Assembly: GCA_963743305.1 (NCBI GenBank)
Contig: CAVUPH010000012.1
Coordinates: 32,001 to 96,000, forward strand
Reading direction: 5' to 3'
Length of the DNA: 64,000 nt
From: an uncultured delta proteobacterium
GTDB taxonomy: Bacteria > Desulfobacterota > RBG-13-43-22
Position 1 is the first letter of the stretch. Every line of letters begins with the position of its first letter. The position numbers were made by a program, and so were the translations under genes. Under the pieces are notes generated by a model. The model ran no database searches and was not told where the DNA came from. It was given only the letters and a program-made list of their open reading frames with translations. Shown here piece by piece: positions 1-9,389 of the stretch.

Positions 1-540
1 TTCATCCTCTCGGTTGGTCAACTTCATAAAAGAAAAAACATCCCGGGGCTGCTGCAGGCCTTCCGACGATTGGCCGACCATTCTCCCTGGAACGTCCAGT
101 TGGTTCTGGCCGGCGGTGAGGGGGACGGCGCCGCGGAAGTCCGGGAGGCTGTTCGTCCGATTGGCCGGGATCGGGTGGTTTTCACCGGCTGTCTACCGGA
201 TGAAGACCTGCTGCGGTTCTATCACGCCGCCGAATGCCTGGTGTATCCTTCTTTCTATGAAGGATTCGGGCTCCCCGTCCTGGAGGCCATGGCCTGCGGC
301 TGCCCGGTGATTACTTCTAATGTCTCGTCTCTGCCCGAGGTCGCCGGGGAGGCCGCGCTTTTGATCGATCCCTATCGGATTGAGACTATTACCAACGCCT
401 TGGTTTCGCTGTTAACCAATCCGGGTTTGGCCCAAACCCTTATCCAGAAAGGATTTGAGCAGGCCCGTCGGTTCACCTGGGAAGCCGCGGCTCGGAAAAC
501 CCTGGATGTATTCGAAAAGGTTAAAGCCTCCCATGGCTGA
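1..540 (+). CDS. Glycosyltransferase family 4 (GT-B), 5'-truncated by the window edge
   Basis: Frame is open from base 1 ([18 protein letters not shown]). It has the GT4 motif [18 protein letters not shown]. Confidence 0.92.
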   Translation, partial: FILSVGQLHKRKNIPGLLQAFRRLADHSPWNVQLVLAGGEGDGAAEVREAVRPIGRDRVVFTGCLPDEDLLRFYHAAECLVYPSFYEGFGLPVLEAMACGCPVITSNVSSLPEVAGEAALLIDPYRIETITNALVSLLTNPGLAQTLIQKGFEQARRFTWEAAARKTLDVFEKVKASHG

Positions 541-1303
541 ACCGATCAGACCCTTGATTACCCTCTCGATCGTCAGCCATCGCCAGGGCGGAATGGTAAA
601 CCACCTTTTGAAGGACCTGCAACAGGTTTGTCACGACCCCGCCCTGCGGGTTATCCTGACCCTGAATCTTCCGGAAAAACTTCCTTTTCACCCTGAAGAG
701 TTCCCCTTCCCCGTCGATATACTTCAAAATTCCCGGCCCCTGGGGTTCGGGGCCAATCATAACCAAGCCTTTCGGCAGGCTTCGGGAACGTTTTTCGGAG
801 TGTTGAACCCCGATCTTCGCCTTCGCCGGAATCCTTTCCCCTTATTATGTTCCGCCCTGGAGGCGGGGAAGGAGATCGGGGTGATCGCCCCCGGGGTGGA
901 GGATGAGGTCAGCAATATCGCCGATAATGCCCGTTGCTTCCCCACCCCTTTGCGGATTCTGAAAAGGATCCTGGGCGACTCGCGGCAACCCGATTATCCC
1001 CCTGCCGGCAGGCCCATACCCGTGGATTGGCTGGCCGGTCTTTTTTTATTGTTTCCCTTCCGGCTCTTTACTGCTATCAAGGGATTCGATGAGCGCTATT
1101 TCATGTATTGTGAAGATGTGGATATCTGCGCCCGTTTTCGCCTGGCCGGGTATGGGGTCTTTTGGGATCCCAGGATCTCCGTCATCCACCAGGCCCAGCG
1201 CCACAGCCACCGCCGTTTGAACCACTTAAGCTGGCACGTGGTCAGTTTAGTTCGTTTTTTCAATTCCGAGGTTTTTACGGCGCTTAGACCGCATTTGTTA
1301 TGA
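533..1303 (+). CDS. Glycosyltransferase family 2 (WbbL/rhamnosyltransferase-like)
   Basis: Motifs GFGANHN, LNPD and GFDERYFMYCEDVD. ATG at 533 overlaps the upstream stop. Confidence 0.88.
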   Translation: MAEPIRPLITLSIVSHRQGGMVNHLLKDLQQVCHDPALRVILTLNLPEKLPFHPEEFPFPVDILQNSRPLGFGANHNQAFRQASGTFFGVLNPDLRLRRNPFPLLCSALEAGKEIGVIAPGVEDEVSNIADNARCFPTPLRILKRILGDSRQPDYPPAGRPIPVDWLAGLFLLFPFRLFTAIKGFDERYFMYCEDVDICARFRLAGYGVFWDPRISVIHQAQRHSHRRLNHLSWHVVSLVRFFNSEVFTALRPHLL

Positions 1304-2754
1304 AGACCTACATTGCCTTCTTTTTTATATCCTTGGTCGCGGCCTGGATCGTTACCCCCTGGACTCGCAACCTCGCGATCCGCTTCGGCGTTTTGGACCG
1401 GCCCAACCGGCGGAAGATTCACCAGGGTGAAATACCCCGACTGGGGGGAGTAGCCATTTTGGTGGCCACTATTCTCCCATTCATCGGGTTTTTGTTCCAT
1501 AGCAACCTGCTCTGGGAACAGATCCGTTTATTCTGGCAACCCCTGTCGGGTTTGGCGCTCGGCAGCTTGCTGGTCTTCAGTGTCGGTCTGTTGGATGACC
1601 GCTATCACTTATCGCCCTGGCCCAAATTGGCGGCCGAAATCCTGGCGGCCCTGGTGGCGGTCGCCTTCGGACTGCGGATCGAGTTTCTCAGCCAGCCCTT
1701 TGGCTGGCAGATAGACTTGCGCTGGCTGAGTTTCCCCCTCTCCGTCTTTTGGCTGGTGGGCATTACCAATGCCTTCAACCTGGCGGACGGACTGGATGGC
1801 CTGGCCACCGGGATCGCCACCTTCGCGGCCCTGATCCTCTTTTATATGACCTATGCCGGCGGCTATTCCGTGGCGGCCCTCCTGGCGATCGCTTTGGCCG
1901 GGGCCGCTCTGGGTTTCCTGCGCTATAACTTTTATCCGGCCACTATTTTTTTGGGAGATTCCGGCAGCCTCTTTCTGGGTTTTTACCTCGGCGGTCTTTC
2001 GCTCTGGGCCTCCGAAAAAAGCACCATCACCTTCGCCCTGCTGATCCCCATTGTGGCCCTGGGACTTCCCCTGGCGGATATGCTCTACGCCGTCCTGCGA
2101 CGCTGGATTCGGGGGGTTCCCCTAAAGCTCGCCGATCGGGAACATATTCATCATAAATTAATGGACATGGGTTTTGCCCAGAGGCCAACGGTCCTGATCC
2201 TATACGGGGTCAACATTTTCTTGGTCATTCTGGCCGGGGTACTGCTGATAACCCGCAATTCCCTGGCCGCCTATATCCTGGTTCTGCTGGGAGCGGCCCT
2301 GGTCATCGGCTCCCGGGTTTTAGGCTATTTCCGTTTTTCCCGCTTTGTGCGCCATCTGGTTCACCGTTGGAAAGACCTGCAGCAATCCAAATATGTGACC
2401 TTCCGGGCCCACTGGTTGCGGAAGGCTTTTGAAAAAGAGCCGTCTTTGGCCGGCCGCTGGGATTTGGCGGAGGACCTCTGGCCCGATCTGGGCTTTCGAC
2501 AGGTCCGGTTTATTCCCGCCCTTTCCCATTTCCCGGCCCTCGAGTGGCTGACAACGAACCCCGCCGACCCGGAAGGGAAGGAAAGCGAATTAATCCTGAC
2601 GCTTTCCATACTGGGACCACAGGGTTCTATCGGTTTATTAGAGATCACCTGGCTTTCCAATACCCAGCCGTTGCCGGCCGGTCTGGATAAAATCCTTTCC
2701 GTCATGGCTAACGATTTCGCTCGGGATATTTCCTCGCCGCCCTTGACACCTTAA
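1300..2754 (+). CDS. wecA: Undecaprenyl-phosphate alpha-GlcNAc-1-phosphate transferase (WecA/MraY family) with a C-terminal extension
   Basis: Motifs IPRLGG, GLLDD, NAFNLADGLDGL, IFLGDSGS and HIHH; many TM segments. Confidence 0.85.
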   Translation: MKTYIAFFFISLVAAWIVTPWTRNLAIRFGVLDRPNRRKIHQGEIPRLGGVAILVATILPFIGFLFHSNLLWEQIRLFWQPLSGLALGSLLVFSVGLLDDRYHLSPWPKLAAEILAALVAVAFGLRIEFLSQPFGWQIDLRWLSFPLSVFWLVGITNAFNLADGLDGLATGIATFAALILFYMTYAGGYSVAALLAIALAGAALGFLRYNFYPATIFLGDSGSLFLGFYLGGLSLWASEKSTITFALLIPIVALGLPLADMLYAVLRRWIRGVPLKLADREHIHHKLMDMGFAQRPTVLILYGVNIFLVILAGVLLITRNSLAAYILVLLGAALVIGSRVLGYFRFSRFVRHLVHRWKDLQQSKYVTFRAHWLRKAFEKEPSLAGRWDLAEDLWPDLGFRQVRFIPALSHFPALEWLTTNPADPEGKESELILTLSILGPQGSIGLLEITWLSNTQPLPAGLDKILSVMANDFARDISSPPLTP

Positions 2755-2770
2755 CCCCCCCGAGGTCTCC

Positions 2771-4751
2771 TTGTCCCCTTCCGAAGCTGGCAGTAAACGG
2801 CAACCTGTAAATCCCCTCTGGATAATCGCTTTCTTTTTCCTAATGGCCGGGGGGGTGTTATTCTTCCACCTGCCGGAAAAATGGACCGCCGCACTGGTCG
2901 TCGGTTTCTTCCTTTCCCTGGCGGCTCTGCATCCTCTCAACGGGATCTCCTTTTTATTGCTGGTGATCCCCTTTTTTTTAGGAAATCCTTTCAAGCCTTA
3001 TATTTTCCTGCTGGAGATCTTCATTTATGGGACCCTGGTTTCCGCTTTTTTTCATTGGCGATCCCGGGAACGACGAGGGGCCTCTCCTTTAAAATTCCCG
3101 CTGCTGCTCTGGATTCTGGTAGCGGCCTTGAGCCTCCCGCTGGACGCCAGAGAACTCTATTACACCCTCTGGGCCTCGCCCGGCCGTGACCTTTTTTTTC
3201 AATGGCTCAGCGGGAATCCCGGCTACCCGGTTCACTTTTTTCGAATTCTCTGCAACGTAATAAGCGCGGTCGGCCTTTTTTGGGTTACCCTTCACTGGCT
3301 CAAAAAAGACTGCGAACCTTTCCTGATCAAAACCTGTCAAGCCCTGGTCGTCATGGGTGCCCTGATCGCGGGCCTGGGCCTGCTTTTTTTGTTTCAGTGG
3401 CTCCCCACGGGGCCGAAGCTATTTGAGTCTTTCCCTGGTTGGTGTTCATGAAGGCGCCATAACGGCCTTCGCCTTTAATCGGCAGTTTCTGGCCCAATAT
3501 TTGTTGCTCTGCCTGCCTTTTGCCGTTTATCTGGCTCAACGGTATGGCCGCCGACGGAATTATGCCGCTCTCTTATTGACCTCAGGGTCTCTGGCCCTTT
3601 TCATCCTGGCCTTAGGGGCCAGCATGCAGCGTTCGGCTTTTTTGGTCCTGTTCCTGCAAATCGGTTTTTTTTTCATAGGGATCGCCTGGTTCATTCGCCT
3701 CCCAAAAAGCCAAATCGCCTTACTCGGCCTCATCCCGCTGCTGATTGCCGCGGGATTGTTTCTTTTGGATTGGACGGTGTTCGATCAGCGGTTTATCCAT
3801 CGGCTTCAATATCTCGAGCAACGCGAGAATATCCGTCTTCAGCTCTGGCGCACGACCTGGGAGATGTTTTCCTTTTCTCCTTTATTGGGGATAGGCCTGG
3901 GACGGTATTACACTTTTTTCCCCGTTTTTTACCCCGGACCGCCGGAGGCCTGGAGACACTTCAACGTCAATCGGGGCAACGCCCACTCCATCTTTATCCA
4001 GCCTCTGGCCGAGCAGGGTCTCTTGGGATTTCTGTCCTTCCTGCTGCTGATAGGCGTGATTTTAACCATTGCCTTTAAAATGCTTAAAGGAGAAACCGAA
4101 AAAGAGAGGCTCTGGTTAGGCCTGTCAATCACCATCGCCCTGATAACCTGGCTGATCTTTGGGCTTTTTCACCATATCGCCTACGACCTCCGCTCCCTGG
4201 AAATTTTTTTCTGGATCTTTACCGCCTTTCTGCTGGTCCTGGCCCGGAGAACCGCCGGGTCTTTCCAACCTGGGAAAAAAATGGTTGTCGGGCTGATCCT
4301 TGCTTTGACCGCCGCCTTGGTCTGCCAGGTAAAACTGATAACCAACTACCCGATGGGAGAACATTTTCAAGTCGGTTTTTATCACTGGGAGAAACAAGCG
4401 GACGGCAGCCGGGTCCGCTGGATGGGCCAACGGGCCGCGGCGGTCCTCCCCGCGGGGACGGAAGAATTGATCTTGGAACTTCGCGCCCCGCTCCCAGGAA
4501 TAGAACAGCGGCCTCAAAGAGTCCGAATCCGACTTGATGAACGAACCTATGCCCTGACTCTGACTGACCGGGAATGGAGAAGGTTGGCCCTTCCCTTAAC
4601 TACCCCCGGGACCCGTCAGCACCTGATTTCGCTGGAAACGGCTTATACTTTTAATCCTGCCCGGTCCCTCGGCAGCCAGGACTCGAGGAACCTGGGGATA
4701 CAACTGAAAGATTTTGAACGGCGGCCTTTAGCAACCGCAAACCCTAGCTAA
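2771..4751 (+). CDS. O-antigen ligase / oligosaccharyltransferase-family membrane protein, split by one +1 frameshift at about 3409-3412
   Basis: Motifs SMQRSA, RLQLW, PLLGIGLG and NAHSIFIQPLAEQGLLG. Removing one G from GGGG at 3409-3412 fuses ORFs 2771..3451 and 3423..4751. Confidence 0.82.
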
Positions 4752-4773
4752 AAATATTTGAAATATTTTTAAA

Positions 4774-4803
4774 TTGACTTTTGTCTCTCCTGCCTTTTAA
4801 CAT
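4774..4803 (+). promoter_or_regulatory. Putative sigma70 promoter for the homocysteine synthase genes
   Basis: TTGACT-N18-TAACAT, preceded by the perfect AT-rich inverted repeat aaaaatattt-g-aaatattttt (4750-4770). Confidence 0.45.
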
Positions 4804-4933
4804 TATTTATTACACTTCTGGAATCGAGGCCTAAGAAGGTGGTGATGTTCATGATATGGATCATGGAACGCCCGAAGAGGGCAAAACAGGGAATGTTGCT
4901 TAAGAGGAATTTTCAAAACATTGGAGGCATATC

Positions 4934-6094
4934 ATGGGCAAAACCATTGCTGAAATAAACGAAAAGATCAAAAAAGGGAAGGCCGTGGTGGTTACGGCCG
5001 AGGAAATTATCGATTTAGTCAAAACCAAAGGAACCAAGAAAGCGTCCCAGGAAGTGGACGTGGTGACCACCGGGACCTTCAGTCCCATGTGCTCCTCGGG
5101 GGCCTACTTAAATATTAAACAGCCTATTCCCCGGATGAAAATCGGGGGCGGCCGCGCTTATTTCAATAACGTGCCGGTCTATACCGGCTTTGCCGCTGCC
5201 GATGTCCTGTTGGGCGCCAACGCCCTGCCCGACGATGACCCCCGCAACGCGGTCTATCCCGGACAATTTCTTTACGGCGGGGCACATGTCCTGGAAGCGC
5301 TGGTGGCGGGGAAAAGCATCGTTTATACCGCTTTCGCCTACGGAACCGACTGCTACCCTCTGAAAAAAAGGGAAGAAAGTCTGACCCTGAAGGATTTCAA
5401 TGACGCCGTGCTGTTTAATCCCCGTAACGGCTATCAGAATTATAATGTAGCCGTCAATCTCTCCGACAAGATAATCCACACCTATATGGGGGTCCTGCGG
5501 CCCCGAGCCGGCAACGCCAATTACTGCAGCGCCGGCCAACTCTCCCCCCTGTTGAACGATCCCCTCTACCGGACGATCGGCATCGGGACCCGCCTCTTTC
5601 TGGGAGGAGGAGTGGGCTACGTCTGCTGGCCGGGCACCCAGCATAATCCGGCAGTCCCCCGGGGAAAGAACAAGGTGCCCCGAGGCCCCGCCGGCACCCT
5701 GGGTGTCATCGGCGACCTGAAGGGCATGAACAGCCAATGGCTGCGCGGCGTCTCCTTTACCGGGTACGGTACCACTCTGGCCGTTGGCCTGGGAGTGCCC
5801 ATCCCCATCTTGGACGAAGAAATGGTCGCCTTTACTTCTGTCCGGGATGAAGATATCTGGACCAGGGTGGTGGATTACAGCTATGATTACCCTCAAGGAA
5901 CCGGAAAGGTCCTGGGCGAGGTCAATTATGGAGAATTGAAGTCCGGGAAAATCCGTTTTCTGGATAAGAACATCCCCACCGGAGGACTTTCCAGTTACTT
6001 TAAGGCGCGTGAGGTGGCTGAGATCTTGAAAAAGTGGATCCTCAAGGGAAAATTTTACCTGACCGAACCAGTGGCCCCGCTACCCTCCTCCTAG
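4934..6094 (+). CDS. Homocysteine biosynthesis protein (DUF39/HcyBio; L-aspartate semialdehyde sulfurtransferase, MA1821-like, no CBS domains)
   Basis: KTIAEINEKIKKGKAVVVTAEE, VDVVTTGTFSPMCSSGA, NPRNGYQNY and AGQLSPLLNDP; GGAGG RBS. Confidence 0.9.
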   Translation: MGKTIAEINEKIKKGKAVVVTAEEIIDLVKTKGTKKASQEVDVVTTGTFSPMCSSGAYLNIKQPIPRMKIGGGRAYFNNVPVYTGFAAADVLLGANALPDDDPRNAVYPGQFLYGGAHVLEALVAGKSIVYTAFAYGTDCYPLKKREESLTLKDFNDAVLFNPRNGYQNYNVAVNLSDKIIHTYMGVLRPRAGNANYCSAGQLSPLLNDPLYRTIGIGTRLFLGGGVGYVCWPGTQHNPAVPRGKNKVPRGPAGTLGVIGDLKGMNSQWLRGVSFTGYGTTLAVGLGVPIPILDEEMVAFTSVRDEDIWTRVVDYSYDYPQGTGKVLGEVNYGELKSGKIRFLDKNIPTGGLSSYFKAREVAEILKKWILKGKFYLTEPVAPLPSS

Positions 6095-6148
6095 CCCTTG
6101 GGGTCCCGGGGACGTCCTTTTGCGGTATACTGAATCAAGGAGAGTACC

Positions 6149-6556
6149 ATGGCAAAGAAAAAAGTAATCTTGACCTTTCCGCCGGCGCTGATCGAAGAAC
6201 CGGTAACCTACAATCTGATAAAAAACTATGACTGCAAAATTAATATCCTCAAGGCGACGGTGCGCCCGAAGGAAAAAGGCCGTTTGGTGATTGAATTGAA
6301 CGGCCATAAAGAGGCGGTAAGTCGCGGATTAAATTACCTGAAGGAGATCGGGATCCAGGTGGAACCCCTGGCCCAGGAAGTCCGCTATCTAAAAGACCGC
6401 TGCGCCCATTGCACGGCCTGTATCCCCCACTGCCCCACCGAGGCGCTCTCACTCGACCGGGAGGAAATGAAAGTTTCCTTTCACGGCGAGCGCTGTATCA
6501 TCTGTGAGGCCTGTTTGCCCGTCTGCTCCTACAAGGCCATGGAGATCCAGTTTTAG
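6149..6556 (+). CDS. NIL-domain 2x[4Fe-4S] ferredoxin (MA1822-like partner of the homocysteine synthase)
   Basis: INILKA NIL motif plus two CxxCxxCxxxC motifs; adjacent to the DUF39 gene. Confidence 0.88.
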   Translation: MAKKKVILTFPPALIEEPVTYNLIKNYDCKINILKATVRPKEKGRLVIELNGHKEAVSRGLNYLKEIGIQVEPLAQEVRYLKDRCAHCTACIPHCPTEALSLDREEMKVSFHGERCIICEACLPVCSYKAMEIQF

Positions 6557-6676
6557 TCGCCCCGGGAACTGAATCGTGAGGCAAAAAGGGAATAAAAGCG
6601 AAAAACGCTGCGATAAGACGGATTCGGGACCTTTTAGAACCCGCCAAGAAATAAGCTGTACAATGGCGCGGTATCT

Positions 6677-6758
6677 CCGTTCATGCTGAGCTTGTCGAAG
6701 CATGGCCGTATCGTTCACCCTTCGACTGCTCGACAGGCTCGCAGCTCAGGGCGAACGG
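6677..6758. repeat. REP-like palindromic element
   Basis: ccgttc..ctgagcttgtcgaag pairs with cttcgac..agctcag..gaacgg, in a convergent intergenic region. Confidence 0.7.
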
Positions 6759-6805
6759 TTGTAGCGTCGCTTTATCAAGGTTATTTGTTTACAGATCCTT
6801 AATTC

Positions 6806-6837
6806 GGGGCGGGGGACCCCCCCCGCCCCTTTCGTTT
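6806..6837 (+). terminator. GC-rich hairpin, probable intrinsic terminator between convergent genes
   Basis: ggggcggggg-loop-cccccgcccc followed by tttcgttt. Confidence 0.55.
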
Positions 6838-6859
6838 GAGTCTCTTTCGCCGGGTCGGA

Positions 6860-7657
6860 CTATTTCTCGGGCCATTCCAACCGTATGTCCCGACCCAGAA
6901 AATCCCGGGCGATGGTTTGGGCATTCGGGGTGAGGTCCGACACAAAAAAACGATGCCCCCCTTCAGCCCCTTCGGCGGCCGACAGCGTCCCGGCGACGTC
7001 CGGGTTTTCTTCCAGGTAGGTCTTTACCCAACCCGCCACCTCCTCCGAAGAATCAATCACCCGAACGCGGCGTCCGATCTTGTTCTGGATAATCGGTTTA
7101 AGCAGGGGATAATGGGTGCAACCCAACACCAGGGCATCGAGCTGCCTCAGCTTCAACGGGAAGAGGTATTTCCGGACGATCTGCTTGGTTTCCGGGCGCT
7201 TCAGCCAACCTTCCTCCACCAAAGGCACCAGCAAGGGGCAGGCCTGGGAAAATACCTGGATATCACCCCGCAAGGTTTTTAGAGAGCGTTCATAGACACC
7301 GCTGCCGATAGTGGCCCGAGTGCCGATGACCCCCACCCGCAAATTGCGGGTCACTTCCAGCGTCCTTTTTACCGCAGGGGCGATGACTTCGAAAATCGGG
7401 ACAGCATATTTTTCCCGGAGGATATCCGCAGCCACCGACGAAACGGAATTACAGGCGATGACAATAATCTTCGCTCCCTGAGCCAAAAGAAATTCCATAT
7501 CCTCGATGGCGTATTCGGTAATGGTTTTAGGACTTTTGGTGCCGTAGGGGGTCCGAGCCGTATCCCCGAAATAAACGATCCGATATTCGGGAAGTTGCTC
7601 CAATATTTCGCGCACCACGGTTAATCCGCCGATGCCGGAATCAAAAATACCGATCAT
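6860..7657 (-). CDS. murI: Glutamate racemase
   Basis: IGIFDSGIGGLTV, PYGTKS, IACNS and LGCTHYPLL. Confidence 0.97.
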   Translation of the reverse strand: MIGIFDSGIGGLTVVREILEQLPEYRIVYFGDTARTPYGTKSPKTITEYAIEDMEFLLAQGAKIIVIACNSVSSVAADILREKYAVPIFEVIAPAVKRTLEVTRNLRVGVIGTRATIGSGVYERSLKTLRGDIQVFSQACPLLVPLVEEGWLKRPETKQIVRKYLFPLKLRQLDALVLGCTHYPLLKPIIQNKIGRRVRVIDSSEEVAGWVKTYLEENPDVAGTLSAAEGAEGGHRFFVSDLTPNAQTIARDFLGRDIRLEWPEK

Positions 7658-7887
7658 GTCTCCTCACATTCTTTCGTTTTTGACAGCTAAACAGATATTC
7701 GGTTACCTGTCAAGATGATAGCCTCGGGAAGGATCTTGCTGAACGTCCCCGGGGACATTTTAACTGAACAGCCGAACCCGGCGACCCGGCCAGGCCGCTC
7801 TGATTAACGCCAGGTCTTCGATTTCATCCTTGACAGAATCTCTGGCCCCTTGTTATTTTATATTGTTATATTTCTTAGGATCGCTTC

Positions 7888-8922
7888 ATGAAAACCGGCA
7901 TTGTTCGAGACCCCATCTACCTGGAGCATCTGCGAGGCTTCCCCCATGTGGAGAGTCCCCGCCGTTTGGAAGTACTTTATGAACTGCTCGACCGAAATTT
8001 TTCCGGACGTCTCTATCCGGTGCCTTCCCGGGAGGCCGCTCCGGAGGTACTCACGGCCATCCATACCCCGGATCATATCCGTCGAATAGCGGCGACAGCC
8101 GGCCGGAATCATGGTTCTTTAGACCCGGACACCCAAACCACGGCCCAATCCTATGAGGCCGCCATTCACGCCGCGGGCGGGTTGACGGCCTTGATCGACG
8201 CCTTGCTGGATGGCGAAATCGAAAATGGATTTGCCCTGGTGAGGCCCCCGGGACATCATGCCGAAGCCCATCGGGCCATGGGTTTTTGTCTGTTCAACAA
8301 TGTAGCCATAGGAACCGCCTATGCCCGCCAGCGGCGCGGGCTGGAACGCATCTTGATCGTCGACTGGGACCTCCATCATGGAAACGGTACCCAGCATTCC
8401 TTCTGGAACAATCCGGAGGTCCTTTATTTCTCCACTCATCAGTACCCCTATTATCCGGGTACCGGAGGTTTGCAGGAAGTGGGCGGGAAAGAGGCGCCGG
8501 GGTTTACGGTCAACGTTCCCCTCTCGAGCGGCTGTCTGGATGAAGACTTTGCCCAGGTTTTTGAACGGATACTGGTTCCCATCGGGAGGCAATTCAAACC
8601 CGAATTGATCTTAATCTCCGCCGGCTTCGACACCTACTATGAAGATCCCCTGGGGGCCATGATGGTCACCCCCAAGGGTTTTGCCCGTCTGACCCGCATT
8701 GTCCAGGGATTAGCTAACGAGGTTTGTAGGGGGCGGTTGTTATTGGCCTTGGAAGGCGGTTATCACCTGAATGGCTTGCGCCAATCAGTCCTGGCGGTCT
8801 TAAAGGAACTTCAAGGGGACTCCGTTTTGTCCCTCGAAGACACCGCGGCGGACAACCGGGCCGACTTAGCCATCGTGCGGCAGGTCTGGAATGTCCAACA
8901 GCATTATTGGAAAAGAGGTTAA
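7888..8922 (+). CDS. Histone deacetylase-family Zn-dependent amidohydrolase
   Basis: RPPGHHA, GFCLFNNVA, DWDLHHGNGTQ, SAGFD and LEGGY. Confidence 0.95.
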   Translation: MKTGIVRDPIYLEHLRGFPHVESPRRLEVLYELLDRNFSGRLYPVPSREAAPEVLTAIHTPDHIRRIAATAGRNHGSLDPDTQTTAQSYEAAIHAAGGLTALIDALLDGEIENGFALVRPPGHHAEAHRAMGFCLFNNVAIGTAYARQRRGLERILIVDWDLHHGNGTQHSFWNNPEVLYFSTHQYPYYPGTGGLQEVGGKEAPGFTVNVPLSSGCLDEDFAQVFERILVPIGRQFKPELILISAGFDTYYEDPLGAMMVTPKGFARLTRIVQGLANEVCRGRLLLALEGGYHLNGLRQSVLAVLKELQGDSVLSLEDTAADNRADLAIVRQVWNVQQHYWKRG

Positions 8923-8930
8923 CAGCGAAT

Positions 8931-9215
8931 ATGTTTCTTTCAAATGAAGAAGTGCTGCACATCGCCCAACTGGCTCGGCTGCAATTAAACCCGGAAGAGG
9001 TCGGCCCGATCGCCCGACAGATGAACGACATTCTGATTTATATGGAGAAATTGAATGAACTGGACACCAGCGGTGTCGAAGCTACCTCCCACGCCCTCCA
9101 TTTGGCGAATGCCTTCCGTGATGATCAGGTCCAATCCTCATTGCCGGTAGAGGAATCCCTGGCCCTCGCCCCGGAACAGGGTCAATCCGCCTTCGTCGTG
9201 CCGAAGGTTATTTGA
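8931..9215 (+). CDS. gatC: Asp/Glu-tRNA amidotransferase subunit C
   Basis: EVLHIAQLARL...LNELDTSGVEAT...FVVPKVI; directly upstream of gatA. Confidence 0.95.
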   Translation: MFLSNEEVLHIAQLARLQLNPEEVGPIARQMNDILIYMEKLNELDTSGVEATSHALHLANAFRDDQVQSSLPVEESLALAPEQGQSAFVVPKVI

Positions 9216-9229
9216 GGTTATCAATTAGA

Positions 9230-9384
9230 GACGGACTCGCAAGAAGTCCGTCGACAGACCGAGGGCGATTAAGCCCCGGTCTGGGGTAGGGGTGGAACCA
9301 TTTGAATTCACTTCAAATGGCGGGGGAGGGAAGACCCTCCCCCGCCGAGCAGAAAGTCGTTTTTTGACTTTTTGCGAGGTTATC
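9230..9384. mobile_element. MITE-like element, about 155 bp, with imperfect terminal inverted repeats and several hairpins
   Basis: Left end gacggactcgcaagaagtc matches the reverse complement of the right end, gataacctcgcaaaaagtc, at 14/19. No coding capacity. Confidence 0.65.
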
Positions 9385-9389
9385 ATATA

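Noticed and set aside
4805-4930. SAM riboswitch upstream of the homocysteine synthase
   Set aside because: The SAM-I core motifs (AUC..GAG, GCAACC, GUGC) were not found by eye. An Rfam scan is still advisable.
5108-5896. Long antisense or overlapping ORFs (also 51826..52545, 61092..62045, 37734..38366)
   Set aside because: They are shadows of well-supported genes in GC-rich DNA and carry no recognisable motifs.
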